A DNA stretch of 64,000 bases from Torpedo marmorata (taxonomy: Eukaryota), in the NCBI GenBank assembly GCA_977017645.1, contig OZ360221.1, forward strand, positions 115,816,001 through 115,880,000. Direction: 5' to 3'. Position numbers and translations under genes: made by a program. Within the stretch, counting starts at the first letter, position 1, and each line of letters starts with the position of its first letter. Shown here one piece after another: positions 39,697 through 52,400 of this stretch. The notes below the pieces were generated by a model. That model was not told the DNA's origin and ran no database searches. It saw only the letters and a list, made by a program, of their open reading frames with translations.

Positions 39697-41501
39697 CCAT
39701 CTCAGCTCTTTAGATTTCTATCACTGCACATAAGTAGGGGGCACATTCAACAAGCTTATTCGAATGGAGCTCACCATCACTGCCCTTCTCGTCAAAACCT
39801 CACATGCACTTACGAAAATCGTTTGCAAAACGTGTTTGCCCCGAAATCACATTCGAAATAATTGAGGGGGTTTCTGGATTTCATGCTGAATTCCGGTTCA
39901 AATGAATAAATTGGATTGCAAATTCAGATCGAGAATAGTTCTTAGTCCCAACTAAATATGGCGGGGTTCTTTATTATCTCTATGCAGGATTTCACGCGAT
40001 CTGAATGCATGTCATTCATTCAAGTAATGATAAGCCATTGCAACTTGTGTGCATTGCAATAATCACGAGTTCAAGGTTTGTCCGAATAAAAGACCTAGTC
40101 AGATGACATAGTCAATAGAAATATATTTTCTTTTTCTTTTCTCTCACGCCCCGCTCCCCAAAGGAAAATAAGCAATACAGAAGCTTTAAGTTTTCTTTGC
40201 TAACACCACAGATTGCATTTAAAATACACTACAGACACGAGTTTGTTGGAAATTATCTCTTACCTATTCGTTTAAATGTAGGATCATGGCTTTCACTCTT
40301 CATACAGATCTCACCTTCATCGTGAATGCTTCCAGATGTCCTAACTGCTAGGATTTTTCGATTCTTTAAACTCTTCTTATTTTTGCAGATTAAAAGATCT
40401 GGTGAGCATTTTGTTCAAAGAAAATCAATTTCCTACATCCGAGCGGTGCTCTGCTTCCTCTGTCTTCGTGGCTGTTCGCTCAACTGAAACCACTCGTCCA
40501 AGACAGCAACAACCCAGATATACTAGCAAGTCATAAAACTCAACAAAAGCCGACAAACGTTACAGCACCATTGCTATATAGCCCAGACAAATTACGACCG
40601 TCTAGGTAATATTTAAATAGATTGCAACGGTAATTGCCAGTCTTTAAACCCACCATTCCTGCAGTAAGCTTCCTCAACAGATAAGGTACGGAGAAAACAC
40701 CGAACCAAAAATAAAGTAAAAACAATGTACATATATACCTATCTTAAAGGACTCCGACGAAATGGGTTTTACTAATCTTCCAGGAAACACATGATTTTGT
40801 TAACGTACACAATGAGCAGCAATATGACTAAGCATAATCTGAGTCTCCCAGTGAGAATTATTTTCATATTTTCAAAACCAGAATGAATCAATTCTAATTT
40901 ATTTTATTTTCTTTTAAATGTGAATCGACGCACTGAATGAAAGGTCCAACATTCTACTTATTTATGTTTGCAACAATGTTTCACATTTAAATGTGCAATA
41001 GTGTTTCCGTTCATGGCATGTGATATATTTATGTAACAACACACTTTACAGCTTATTCACATTTAACTTTTATCAACATGTCAGTATATGGTAGTAACAT
41101 CATCGTGGAACTATTTTAACAGCATAAACTGTATTTAAATATTACAATGTTCGATTTACTTAGCTGATAATTGGTAACTAGCACAATTAAATGATTGTTG
41201 ACATGTTCACCACCCTTCTTCCCCCCTCCCTCCCCCCCCCCATCCCTCCACAGTTGTTTGGAAAATCGTCATATAGGACAATAACTTGCGTGCATGACCT
41301 GCTTATCGATGGCAACACATTATTATAGATACATAAACAGACTAGCGGCACAAATAAAAACAAAACACATAAATCGTATTTATCTACAATCAGCACAAGG
41401 CTGAGAAGTCAGAGGTAAGTGGAAAAGTTTTTAGTCTTTCAGTAACACGAGCACAACTTCCCGATGTCCGGCTAAAATATGCAAACGAGTGTCTGTGTTT
41501 A

Positions 41502-41776
41502 TCATGTAAAGCTGAAGTTAGCTGTGAGCTCCCGAATCCTGTTTTCACGGTTCATTTTCTTGAGTTTCATTCTGCGATTTTGAAACCAGATTTTGACCTG
41601 TCTGTCAGTCAGGTGGACACTGCGGCTAATCTCTAGGCGACGCTCTCGAGTCAGGTACATGTTGAAAAGAAACTCTTTCTCCAGCTCCAGTGTCTGATGT
41701 TTGGTGTAAGGGCATCGTTTCTTCCTGCCACTCTTTGCAGTCAGCCAGTTAGCCCCATTTTCAGCTTTCACTTCCC
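41502..41776 (-). CDS. HOXA10: Homeobox protein Hox-A10, exon 2 (homeodomain)
   Basis: Acceptor gaacAG|GG. Encodes [98 protein letters not shown] is A10-type. Confidence 0.97.
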
Positions 41777-41821
41777 CTGTTCAGTAAAAACGACAGAAAG
41801 CAAAGGAACGAAAAATAAACC

Positions 41822-41851
41822 AGAGAGAGAGAGAGAGGGGGAGAGAGAGAG
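41822..41851. repeat. (AG)n microsatellite near the HoxA10 intron acceptor
   Basis: agagagagagagagagggggagagagagag. Confidence 0.9.
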
Positions 41852-42969
41852 GAAGAGATGATCAGAGAAAGAGAAGAACATTTCATCAAATTATTTTCAA
41901 TGAGAAACTATTTGTGATAAATCGGATGCATTTACCTATATCCATGTTTTTATGTCAAAATAGGTTCAATATCTATGAAATTTTCAAAATACAACAGTAC
42001 ATATTTATTTTAAATTTTCACTTTTAATCTCATGGCAGCATGGCACTGTTTTTCCGTATCTATCAAATATTGGGTGCACATTCATAAAGAATGGAAAAAT
42101 AACATATTTTGGGTTGTTTCATGACAAATAGATTTGCGATATAGGAGATTGTGTGCTATTACAGTGAACCATGGAGCATTTAGGATGAAGACTAAATTCG
42201 TTTGAAAACTATATTTTAATAGTACTAGATACATTTTAAACGATGGTCAAGAATCTTAAGCACTTGAAGTGACACATGACATTTATTTCATTTTATTCTA
42301 CAAGAATCTCATTCATTGTCTCTTTCAAGGTGCTTAACTATTACCAACAAAGTAGTTTTGCACTGAAAGAAAAATGCTCCTACAATTATTGTAAAATACA
42401 ATATTTTGTTCAGCACTAGTAGGCGTGTCTTTCCTTTGGCTTTCGTTTACAACATTTAAGTGATCAGCCCTATTTCTCGCCATGTTTTGCATCAAACAAA
42501 ACCAATCTTTATCCATGTAAAAATCCAAGGAGATTAAGCGAGGTTTCTCGTTCAAGCAAATACTTCCAAATGTAACAGATCGAAATTTATTCCTTTTTGC
42601 TTGAATGTTTAAGGTTCTTGCTTTTTCATTTCCTCACTTTTTTCACCTGGACTAACGTATTCATCTGTTTTATTCGGAAGTTCGTTAGAGTTACAACTAA
42701 CATGGTGGATGGGTACTTTAAACTTTCTATTGGGATGCACATATGTATTAACTAGATGAATTTCAAATACAGTTAAATGAAAATCTAGGCAGCCCTTAAA
42801 ACTGCCTTTTTACGTCTATTGTGATTTTTTTTTTTAAAACAGAAACAGTTTAGTGGTAATTCTCCATTGATTGGGCTCCAAACGTCCTAAAGCAAAACAT
42901 GTCAGCAGTGTGTTTTTGATTTTGAAAAAAATCTTATTTTTATTTCAATATTTTTATCGAAAGACGCGC

Positions 42970-43035
42970 TAGATCATAAAACGCTCCTGGGTTCCTTTGA
43001 TTATTATTTATTGGCTGCCTTTTATTTACTTTGGA
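42970..43035. promoter_or_regulatory. Hox/Cdx site cluster in the HoxA10 intron
   Basis: ATCATAAAA, CTTTGAT (TCF-like), TTTTATTGG and TTTTATT within 65 bp. Confidence 0.45.
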
Positions 43036-43322
43036 CCCTGTCTGCAAATATGTCCTTCTATGCGGTACACTTAATGAAAGGATTCGTGGTTTGTAACTAT
43101 CTGACAAGTTTAGAATGTGAATACAATTGATTCCGGAGCGTGGGCTCATGCTATAAACTATAGTAGGCATTAATTTTTACAGCATAGCTCACGCCCAAAA
43201 ATAAAAAGTTCACAAGGTCAAAATAAACCCCCCTTTGTTAGGCTTGTTGGCTGTACCTGCCACATCTACCCCCTTTCTGATTGCTAGCTCTGTAAATCGC
43301 CCACTGTCTCTAATGTACCTAC

Positions 43323-44082
43323 CTTTCGTTTCTTTCTCAGGAGAGTTTTTCCTGCTTTCTGAAGGGACTGGAGAAGACTCTTCGTTTGCAGAAGAAGCCG
43401 GGGCTTCTGTCTCTTCTCTTTCCGAACCGCAGGTTAAATGGCTGGGGGATGTCCCTTCGCTTCCTTTTCTCCCCAACTCACTCGGGGTTGAAGCTGAAGA
43501 AGGGGGTGTTCCAAAACGGATCTGGGACTGAGGCACAAATGGAGAGGCCCCAACCTGCCCAGTGTTGTTATAAAGTGTCTGTTTAGATGTCGGATAAGCT
43601 TGGGACAGACGGAAATAGCCGGGCACAGGAACCCCGCCGCTGGTAGTAGTGTCACTATTGGAGCACGATTCTGATGTTAGCCTTGGAAACGTGGAAAGAT
43701 CTGTTGCTGCAGCGCTTTTTGGACATTTCTCAGAATCATATAAGCAATATGCATTTTCTTCTTTGATATTCTGGGGGAAGGAACATGCTGCTACTTGCTG
43801 AGTTGCAGGTTGCTCCATGCGACAGGACCTGGGAGGATCTGACCAGACCTCCATCCCGCTCATATAGGGATGTGAAGTCAGAACCATACTCTGAGAGTTG
43901 TTCTCACTGCGTTTGCTCAGAGAAGGGAAAAGTCCACAGTTTTGGATGCCGTATGATAGATCAGAGCCAGGCGGCAGGTATACGCTGCTGTTGGGGTAAT
44001 AGGTCCCTTCCCCGCCACGGCCCACGCTGATCAGAGAATCTACTAGAAAGGAGTTTGCAGCCGGGCTGTCTGAGCATGACAT
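43323..44082 (-). CDS. HOXA10: Homeobox protein Hox-A10, exon 1
   Basis: MSCSDSPAANSFLVDSLIS...NIKEENAYCLYD...VPVPGYFRLSQAY. Phase-1 donor G|GTAGGT at 43322. 760+275 nt gives 344 aa. Confidence 0.96.
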
Positions 44083-45367
44083 TGTTGTGGGGTAATTTCG
44101 CGAAAGCAGAAGATATCCAGTTCAGGCTGACATTTCTTGTGCAAACACGTTGAATATGATTAGAGATACCTCCGCAGCACGACAGGCGGGACGAGCCAAT
44201 CAAAAGACATAGCTGGGCATCAGCCCCTCCTTCATGGCGGGGCTACGTCACCAGAACTGCAATAAGGTCACCATATGTATTCGGTAAACTGCAAAACCGT
44301 CTGAATGCATCTTTATTTATTCAGTTCTGCGTTATTGAAATCATGCCCTTCAAGAGAGGCACGAATTGTAATTCAAAATTAGTTTCAGCAAAATGCGAAG
44401 CTGCATAACTGTTTAGAAGTAGTAGTTACATATATATTTTTTAATTGTTCACATATATTCGCAGAAGCAGTTGATAAAATGGAAGTTTGACTTCTATATT
44501 TGCTGTATATAATCACGCGTTAAGGTTCACAGACGGATGCACGCGGGAAAAAAAACCCAGAAGTAATCTTGACATTCACGGGTCTGATTGCAATTACCCA
44601 GCCGCCTTCTGCAACAGTTTTCACAGTCTTCACTGTAATTCAGATCCACACTGAGCCTTTACTGATTGTTACTTCTACTACCATTCCTTGATGTGCAGCG
44701 TTCAAGAAGCACTCCTGAACTACAAATCTGTGATTGTATGCCTGCTCTTTTCTTTGTTGTTTAGTTTATTGCGTTAATGGTATCTACTGGAGCTCTGTAG
44801 GTGAAGTGTAGAAGGTCTGAGACAACAAACCAATAAAACAACCATTTATTTTAATCCAGTCATCCATTTCTCCAGTATATTTTCGGTTGACTGAATTATG
44901 GCATTGTTTTGGAATTTCATACCAAATCACAATTTAAAGAAATAGAAAACATTTGTTTCGAAAGACTTTATCATGTGTTCTTCGACTGGTTTGGCCAGAG
45001 TACACAAAGTTTATCACATCTATAAAATCGACTTCATTATTTCGTCTTCAAAATAGAATACAGTGCTGTTAACCAAAATTTACAAGCTTCTTAACTTCAA
45101 CGCGATCAAGTTTAAAAACAAAGCGCGAACCAAAAGCTTCCTCCAGAGTTTATCACTCCATCCCATTCCAAGGTAATCTAGAAATAAAGCAAGAGTGGGG
45201 GAAACCCCCACCTTTTTCCGGAAGGAAACAAGGCCTTCGATTGGTGAGCACTTCCCTCCAATTTGTGAAAGATAATAAAACACGAACTAAAGCTATTTTA
45301 TTTGATATTAGTATCGGTAGAAATCAATGTAACAATAATAAGTGCCTTCTCCCAAACATGCACACAC

Positions 45368-45584
45368 NNNNNNNNNNNNNNNNNNNNNNNNNNNNNNNNN
45401 NNNNNNNNNNNNNNNNNNNNNNNNNNNNNNNNNNNNNNNNNNNNNNNNNNNNNNNNNNNNNNNNNNNNNNNNNNNNNNNNNNNNNNNNNNNNNNNNNNNN
45501 NNNNNNNNNNNNNNNNNNNNNNNNNNNNNNNNNNNNNNNNNNNNNNNNNNNNNNNNNNNNNNNNNNNNNNNNNNNNNNNNNNNN
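45368..45584. other. Assembly gap (217 N), entered through a CA repeat
   Basis: Run of N preceded by cacacac. Confidence 0.99.
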
Positions 45585-48211
45585 GAAATCATTTTTGGAT
45601 CATCGCAAGTCAAGCATTTAACTGGATGAATTTGCGGCAGATGTGGTCAATATTTATCAACGTGGCTCTGATTAGGAAACAATTCTGCGTGTCTGTCATA
45701 TTATATCTATTATGTTTGGACACCTCTGCCAGCAATTGCCACGCAGATATAGTCTTCAGGATGCAACATTCCATCTCTCACAAAACTGTGTTTTGTTACG
45801 AGCCATCTTTAAACCGCACTCAAAATATCCACCCTGCCGCCCTGCCCCCACCCTCTTCCCCACCGCCTCCACCTTCCCATCTCTTTACTATTATTCCAGT
45901 TTTAGTTATTTTAACTTCTGGCGTTGGATTAAAGCTCAGAAAATGTTGATAATCGAAAGCAGGCTATTTAAATATCGTTTCAGTTGAGGTCAGCGGGATA
46001 TGAAGACCGGCTTTACACGCAACGTGTTTGCTAAGGGGCCGCCTCGAAGGATTCCTCGTGCATGCTTGTTTTTAAGCACAAATGACTGTTTAGAATTATC
46101 ACGGCCTTTCAGAAAACCTATAAAAACCTGAATGCTCTTTATCGAAATTTTGAAAATATTCCCGTTTTCAGTCCCACTGTGCCCATGACACGTATGATCA
46201 TGGGAGAAGACAAAGATTTAATAGGGGAAAATAACAATTACCATCTCTGGCAGAGTTTCATATATAAAGGTTCAGGCTACTGTACACCATTGCTAACAAG
46301 CGGCGTATTTATATGTTGGAGGCATGATATTTATCTGGTTCTCTTGGTAAATGTTTCATTGCTTCATAAATTGATACCACATTTGGTATAATTTTATTGG
46401 TGTATTTTTGTAAAGCTTTAAATTTCTATAACTCGATTTCCCAGTAAAACTGTAAAAGGGATAGTGGATTAATTTCTCCAGTTTCTAAGATAATATAGGC
46501 CTTTCACAACTTTATGGATAGGAATGGGACGATGGCTGTGAGTCTCATGTGCACATTTAAAAAGCACACACCAGGAAGTAGTTAAAGCATCAAGGATTTG
46601 CGGGAAAGAAGATTCCTTTCTAACTTCTAAGGTGTACTTGACTATTAAGAGTTAAGGAATGTGGTTAACTGTACCGAGGAAGTTGGGGAGATGAAATGCC
46701 TTTATCGTGTATTGCAGGAACTTGGCTAGAAAAAAATAAATAGCAAGGAAAGTGCATTAATTCCGTACAAGTTAGACAATATTTTTGTGGTGATCATGCG
46801 TTCGTTTTGACATAAAAAGAATAAAGAAGAAAATTTTCTTATCGCCAAACTATTTTGACCGTGGGTAGTGAAAGATTTCTACGTTTCTACATCAACGCGT
46901 AAGCAATAAACAGACGTCTTGAAACACTGCAACAAATGAGGTAAATAATACGTTGTCCAGTCAGTGATAAAAGGTCGAACACAGATAGCAGCCGAGCGAA
47001 TAGTGGTTCTTCAGTAAATAAGCGATTTCAATGTCTAAACTGAACAGGCCGTGCCCACACATAGCTCGGGCTCAGAGTTAGCCTAGATCGTGAACTTAAG
47101 ACTGGAGGCCAGACTGAATGTCTTTCACTCTGTTTTCCGGATAAAGATCTATTGGGTAAACTCATTATTTCACTAATTTCAGCACTGACCGAGATTGCTT
47201 AGAATTAGCTGGCGTTTATTTGCAGTCGCAAAAACTAACCAACACTTTTTGAACTTCAAAAAAATCCCCCTCATCCTTCAAGTGTATCGGCCATTGTATG
47301 TGCCCAGTGAAATCTTTTCGTACGGGGGACAGAGCAAATATTTACCATTTACAGATTCTGATTTATTATTTATCGCCTTTATTTTAAAATTAATAACAAT
47401 TCTCCGTGATTCGCTTAGATTGCTGGAGAAGTCGAAGAGAAATAATTGCTTTATGTCTCAGAGATAAATCTGAAAAGAATGTCACTCTTTAACTGCTTAC
47501 GTATTCAATGGTTTAACAGGCAAGCCATCCCGAGATCCCAATACTATTGCTTACCAGAATGTTTGGATAAAAAATCTTTTGAAAATATAATGCACCTAAT
47601 GTAAAAATTGAAACCATGATGTCAAAACAGAAGACTGAAAATCCGCGGCATTAAAGGGTTTTGTTTCTTTACTTTTGATACGTAAAGCATAAAACACTTT
47701 GAAACAGAATCACAATTCTGTAATTTTAGAAAATCATGCAACAAGAATATTGGATAGAGTTTACAATTAAAGTAGAAATTAATGCCTATAGACCGTAGAC
47801 GAGAAACTTAAAAATCAGGGATATCAAACCCCACCCCCCACACACCCCCAAATGTTATCTTCCACTCAATCTACAATTCTAACTATTCTGTTTCATTGTC
47901 GCCACGGCACTGTTGTCGGAACACCAACATTTAGTTTGCAATAGTTTGTTGTAGAACGCTTTAAAAAATTAAGATATTGAGCCTAAGGCTGCAATTTAAA
48001 GACCGCTTACATTCGCATTTCAATGAAGAAGAAACGGAAATGCGGCCGAAAAAACACTGCGTTGAACAAAAAGTTTGAAATAAATGTTGGAATAGACGCA
48101 TGGCCCTTTTATGGTTTTGAATGATAAAAATATTAATAGAACTATTTCTAAATGCTCTCTTAAACAGACTTCCATAAACATGCTTCGAACAATTTAAAAC
48201 AGAGACAAAAG

Positions 48212-48308
48212 ACTTGCATTTAAACAGCGCCTTTCACAAGTTCGGGACGTCCCAAAGCGCTCTGCAGCCAATGAAGTACATTTTAATGTGCAGTCCCTGT
48301 TGTAACGT
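48212..48308 (-). mobile_element. 3'-tail fragment of a DeuSINE/SacSINE1-like SINE (or its partner L2-clade LINE)
   Basis: Minus strand ...ACTTCATTGGCTGCAGAGCGCTTTGGGACGTCCCGAACTTGTGAAAGGCGCTGTTTAAATGCAAGT resembles the tail CTTCATTGGCTGTAAAGCGCTTTGGGACGTCCTGAGGTCGTGAAAGGCGCTATATAAATGCAAG that I recall from shark SINEs. Family assignment is from memory. Confidence 0.7.
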
Positions 48309-51300
48309 GAGAGACTCAATTCGTTTGTTCTATTTTAACCTGATTTCAGATCAGATATTATATTGTTATGTAGAATGATGGACCGGTTTTTTCTCTTCAA
48401 ATAAAACCGAGAAAAGGCGATTGGATTACACGATTTCAAATGAATCAATCGACTTTGAACGTGAAAAATGAAAAATATTCCACAAGGTAAATATTTTCAC
48501 CAGTGAAATCAAGCTTTTGTATTTAAAGTGAAGATTATAGCAACGTGTACTTCAAGTTAGGGCGAATCAACTATTTCTGCTGACAAGCCTGTTCAATGTA
48601 AAAAAGTATTCTAAAAATTCAAAAGACGTTCAGACAGGGTGGAGATCTTTTAAATCTATGATATGGACCGAATAGAATAAACAGTTTATTGGGCCGTATT
48701 GTGAATTAAGATACGATTTGTATGTATAAAATGAAGTCCTAAGTAACTTTAATATTAATTTGCCTTTAGACATTACAGGTTAAAAAAAATGTTTAAATTG
48801 TGCAGAAACCGCGCATGCAAAATACATGTAAATAAATACAGAACTACGCAAACTCATATATGTGGCACCAAAATCAACAAGATTTTGATTATATTTTGTT
48901 GAAATAAATATATAGATTTCTTGTATTTGAAATTACGTTTATGTTAACGGTATAATTTGTAATGATCTTCCTAACGGATTATGAATTTATTAACCACAGT
49001 TTTTAGCACATGACTGAAAAGTTTTTTTCACGCCAGCTGAAGCGCTCACTGGCTTTGTAACAAAAAATAGTGGCAATTCAGTTGCACAGGCCACGGTGAA
49101 GGTGACGCAGTGGGGGTCAGGCCACAAACCAAAAAAGTCTTTATGATGCGCAACGTTGAAAATAAAGAGTTAGCGTAAAATGTACAACTAGAACAATTTT
49201 TTCACGTCAGTGCCCCGCTCTGCATAGAAAGTTTCATTCAATTATTTGATACCTCTAAACAATGAAAAATTCGTGGTATTAATATTCAATTTAAAGCCGT
49301 TCCATTACTTCGTTATGCAGCAAAATACATTGTAATTTCTTCGACTACTCAGTGTCCACTTGCCAGTTCTCTTTAACGTACACTTCCATATCCCAGAATA
49401 AACTGCTAACTTTATAACTGTATCCTTTCCATCTTTTCAAATAAAGAACTAATTGTAACCAGCTCAATCACATTTTACCAATCACTGTCGCAGAAATAAA
49501 TTCTCTTTTATACAGATGTATTTAAGGCATATTCGCATCCTGCTTTCAGAAGCGCATTGGGAACATGGCGAAAGTTCAAATGCAAATCGTTATTTATAAA
49601 ATGGATACCAGTTGTTCAAATAGGCTGCTAACTATACGCAATGATCCAGTATTGAAAAGTGTTGCATTTAGACATTTTAAAAGTTATAAAGAGGCGTTTT
49701 TAAAAAAAAGGATAAGCGCAAATTCGGTTTGTCTGAACTGTTTACTCTTCCGATAAGTTGTGAAGTTAGAGGTCGAACTAATGTTTGTTCTTCAGCCTAT
49801 CCTGATTTTATTATTATTATTATTATTATTATATTCATCCTTCACTATTCCTCATTTCACACAGAAATCTTTACTCTTTTCAATGTTTATTTTTCGTGAT
49901 TCACTCAAAATTCACATATTCACAAATTACTGGCCATTTAATCAAATGGTTAATGCTTGAAAGTCCGGCATTTCAGTAATTGAAAATGAGAATGCACTAG
50001 GTTCTGAAGCACAAAATTTGATTTTGTGAAAAGAGCAGTTTTTGAAATTGTTCCGATTTAACGATATGGCTTTTTAACAAATAGGCTACAGTTGACATTT
50101 TGCGTAAAACATTGCAGCAAACACCAAGATTTAAATTGCCCTTGAAAACTAATATCTATTTTCGTTGTTTTATTAGGTTCTAGTTATTACATTTATTTAG
50201 TACTGCAATACGGTGTACACTTTGTACTGCAACCAGAATTAATGACCATTGTGCTGTGATGCAAGAGCTAATCCTAGACCCAGAGGGCGCTGTGGCCCAA
50301 GTTTGCCTCAGTGTCCAAATGGTATGTTTTAAATATTGAAGTTGTACTGATTCTTGAGAGCAATGCATTTCATTACATTGTTGATAACGTCATTAAATAA
50401 CATGAAAGTAATACTTGGAATTTGCTATTTTTGTTACATTCTCTAAAATTAAAAAAACAGGGCAAGTTATAGCGTAGTTATAGCAACATTATTATTCAAT
50501 AATAGAAAATGGGTAATTTTCACAATTTTACTGAAGAATTCCATAGCCAATAATAAATGAATATTGACGTTTTAACGAAACTCTTTACTAGCTTAGTCGC
50601 ATAAAGTTACATATATGCAGACAAGCATCTAATGAACGAAACGACAGCATCCATGTACACCACAAAAATTTAAAGCAATGATATTTGGCACAAATACCAC
50701 GTTTATATATTGTTTAACCAAACTAGTTTTATGGGGCGTCGTTACTGAATGCAACGCTGTACAAGGCAAATTCAATCTCAATTTTCCCTCAGGAAACGAT
50801 CAGCAAGTATGATCTTCATGTGAAATTTACGTCAAATGCGCATAATCGCCAACTTAATCGTAGTTTACTTAATAAACTCCGAATAAGATAGATTTTCGCA
50901 AATGTTATATTACTTCGCACTCAGTTGGAAATTGGAATGTTAAAACACAAAAAGGCCAATGGATATCAACAAATAAGAGAAATAATATACAAAAATAGAT
51001 TAATTAATTTCTGCGTTAATTGTTAGAACGAAGTAGTGTGAGAAAGGCATAATCGAATATACCGGAAAAATATGCACCCAATGTTTCACAATGTTTTCTC
51101 ATAATTTCAAAATGTACAATTATTTGAAAATACATTGGCCCGCTGAAACTTGTAAATGCTAAGGTGGCAAATAAAGAAGTCTAGCGGAGATACAAGATTC
51201 GGTTGAAATTTTATCATTCAATCAACATTTAAAGAACAGATAAAACTACGATATTCGATTTTTAGTTTCAATGAACTCTTGGACATTTCTAAAAGATAAA

Positions 51301-51978
51301 TATTTGTAAATTCTTTGGTTTAAAGAAAATAAATAGGTAACGTACAAGATCAGGGAATAGACAAAAATGCTCTGAATCTTAAATGCCAAGCCAAAGATAG
51401 GCGGTTGAACATTTCACCCTTGTTAACATTTTGAATAATACGCAAGGATAGATTTCTAAAAATTGCATTATGTCCTGGTTGTTGGGGAAACAAATCAAAT
51501 TTAGCAGTGTTGATCAACTCAAGATATCATCTCTTGTTGTCTGATGCTACTATTTTGTTGATAAAAGAAATCATGCAATATCATGCAAAACCAGAGGAAA
51601 AGATTTTTAAAAAGCAATATGAGAAACGCAGCTCCAGAAATAAACCATTCCTTCCGAACCAGCAAATCCAAACATGTGCGCTTTGCATCGTTATTGTTGG
51701 AAAACATCCTTCGAGGTTTGTTCAATAAGCAAGTTTATTGTGTTTTCGAATCCATTTTCAAAAGTCATTTAAAGTCAGTTGTGTTCGAAATTAATCCTTT
51801 ACCCAGACGCTTTTATTTGATGCAAAAAGAGCAGTTTTAGAAAGAACTTTCAATCCACCCGAATTCAAATTTCACATCAATTGCATCGTAAGCTTTTCAA
51901 TTCCTTGTTGATAATTGTGTTGCAACATTTCTCATTTGAAGAACTCATGTCGTATCTTCATGGAACCGAATCACCTAC

Positions 51979-52400
51979 CTTGCATTTACAAAAAAAAATT
52001 GTTTTTTTGCAGCTCTTTTGGACACTGAATGGGGTTTGAATTTAATTTGTCAAACAGGGAGGTGCTATTTTTAATATGGCTTTTAAAAAGTCACATACCT
52101 CTCTTTACGTTGTACTTTGCAACAACGACAATTTTTTATAATTATTTTTGCTGCCCACAGCGGCTTTGACATTGGTCTAAATGGCGCCACCATGTGGACT
52201 GAGCGTCCCCTTGGAAGAATTCGTTGTCATAGCTCCCTGGTGTCGTAATGCAGAAACAGTGAACGAACGCAAACCATATCAAGACAAGGAGAACACCTAA
52301 ACTCGAAAAAATTGTTTATGTTCACCGCTCCTGGAATTTTGGATCCACTGTGGTAATATAAAATAACATAGCTACAATAAAAAAGACTTTATGACTTGTC
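51979..52400 (-). other. Putative alternative upstream first exon / promoter of HoxA10 (5' boundary uncertain)
   Basis: Ends ATG CAA G|GTAGGT (phase 1, in frame with HoxA10 exon 2). Includes a CTCF motif and upstream Cdx/Hox sites (TTTATG, AATAAA, ATATAAAA). Position parallels the alternative first exon of the short mammalian HOXA10 isoform. Confidence 0.5.
52184..52199 (-). promoter_or_regulatory. CTCF motif between HoxA10 and HoxA11 (CBS 10|11-like)
   Basis: Minus strand GTCCACATGGTGGCGC, in the same orientation as the other two motifs. Confidence 0.6.

Noticed and set aside
43235-44030. Plus-strand ORFs antisense to Hox exons (also 11293, 12355, 15099, 23418, 32434)
   Set aside because: Shadow frames of GC-richer coding exons with no recognisable protein features.
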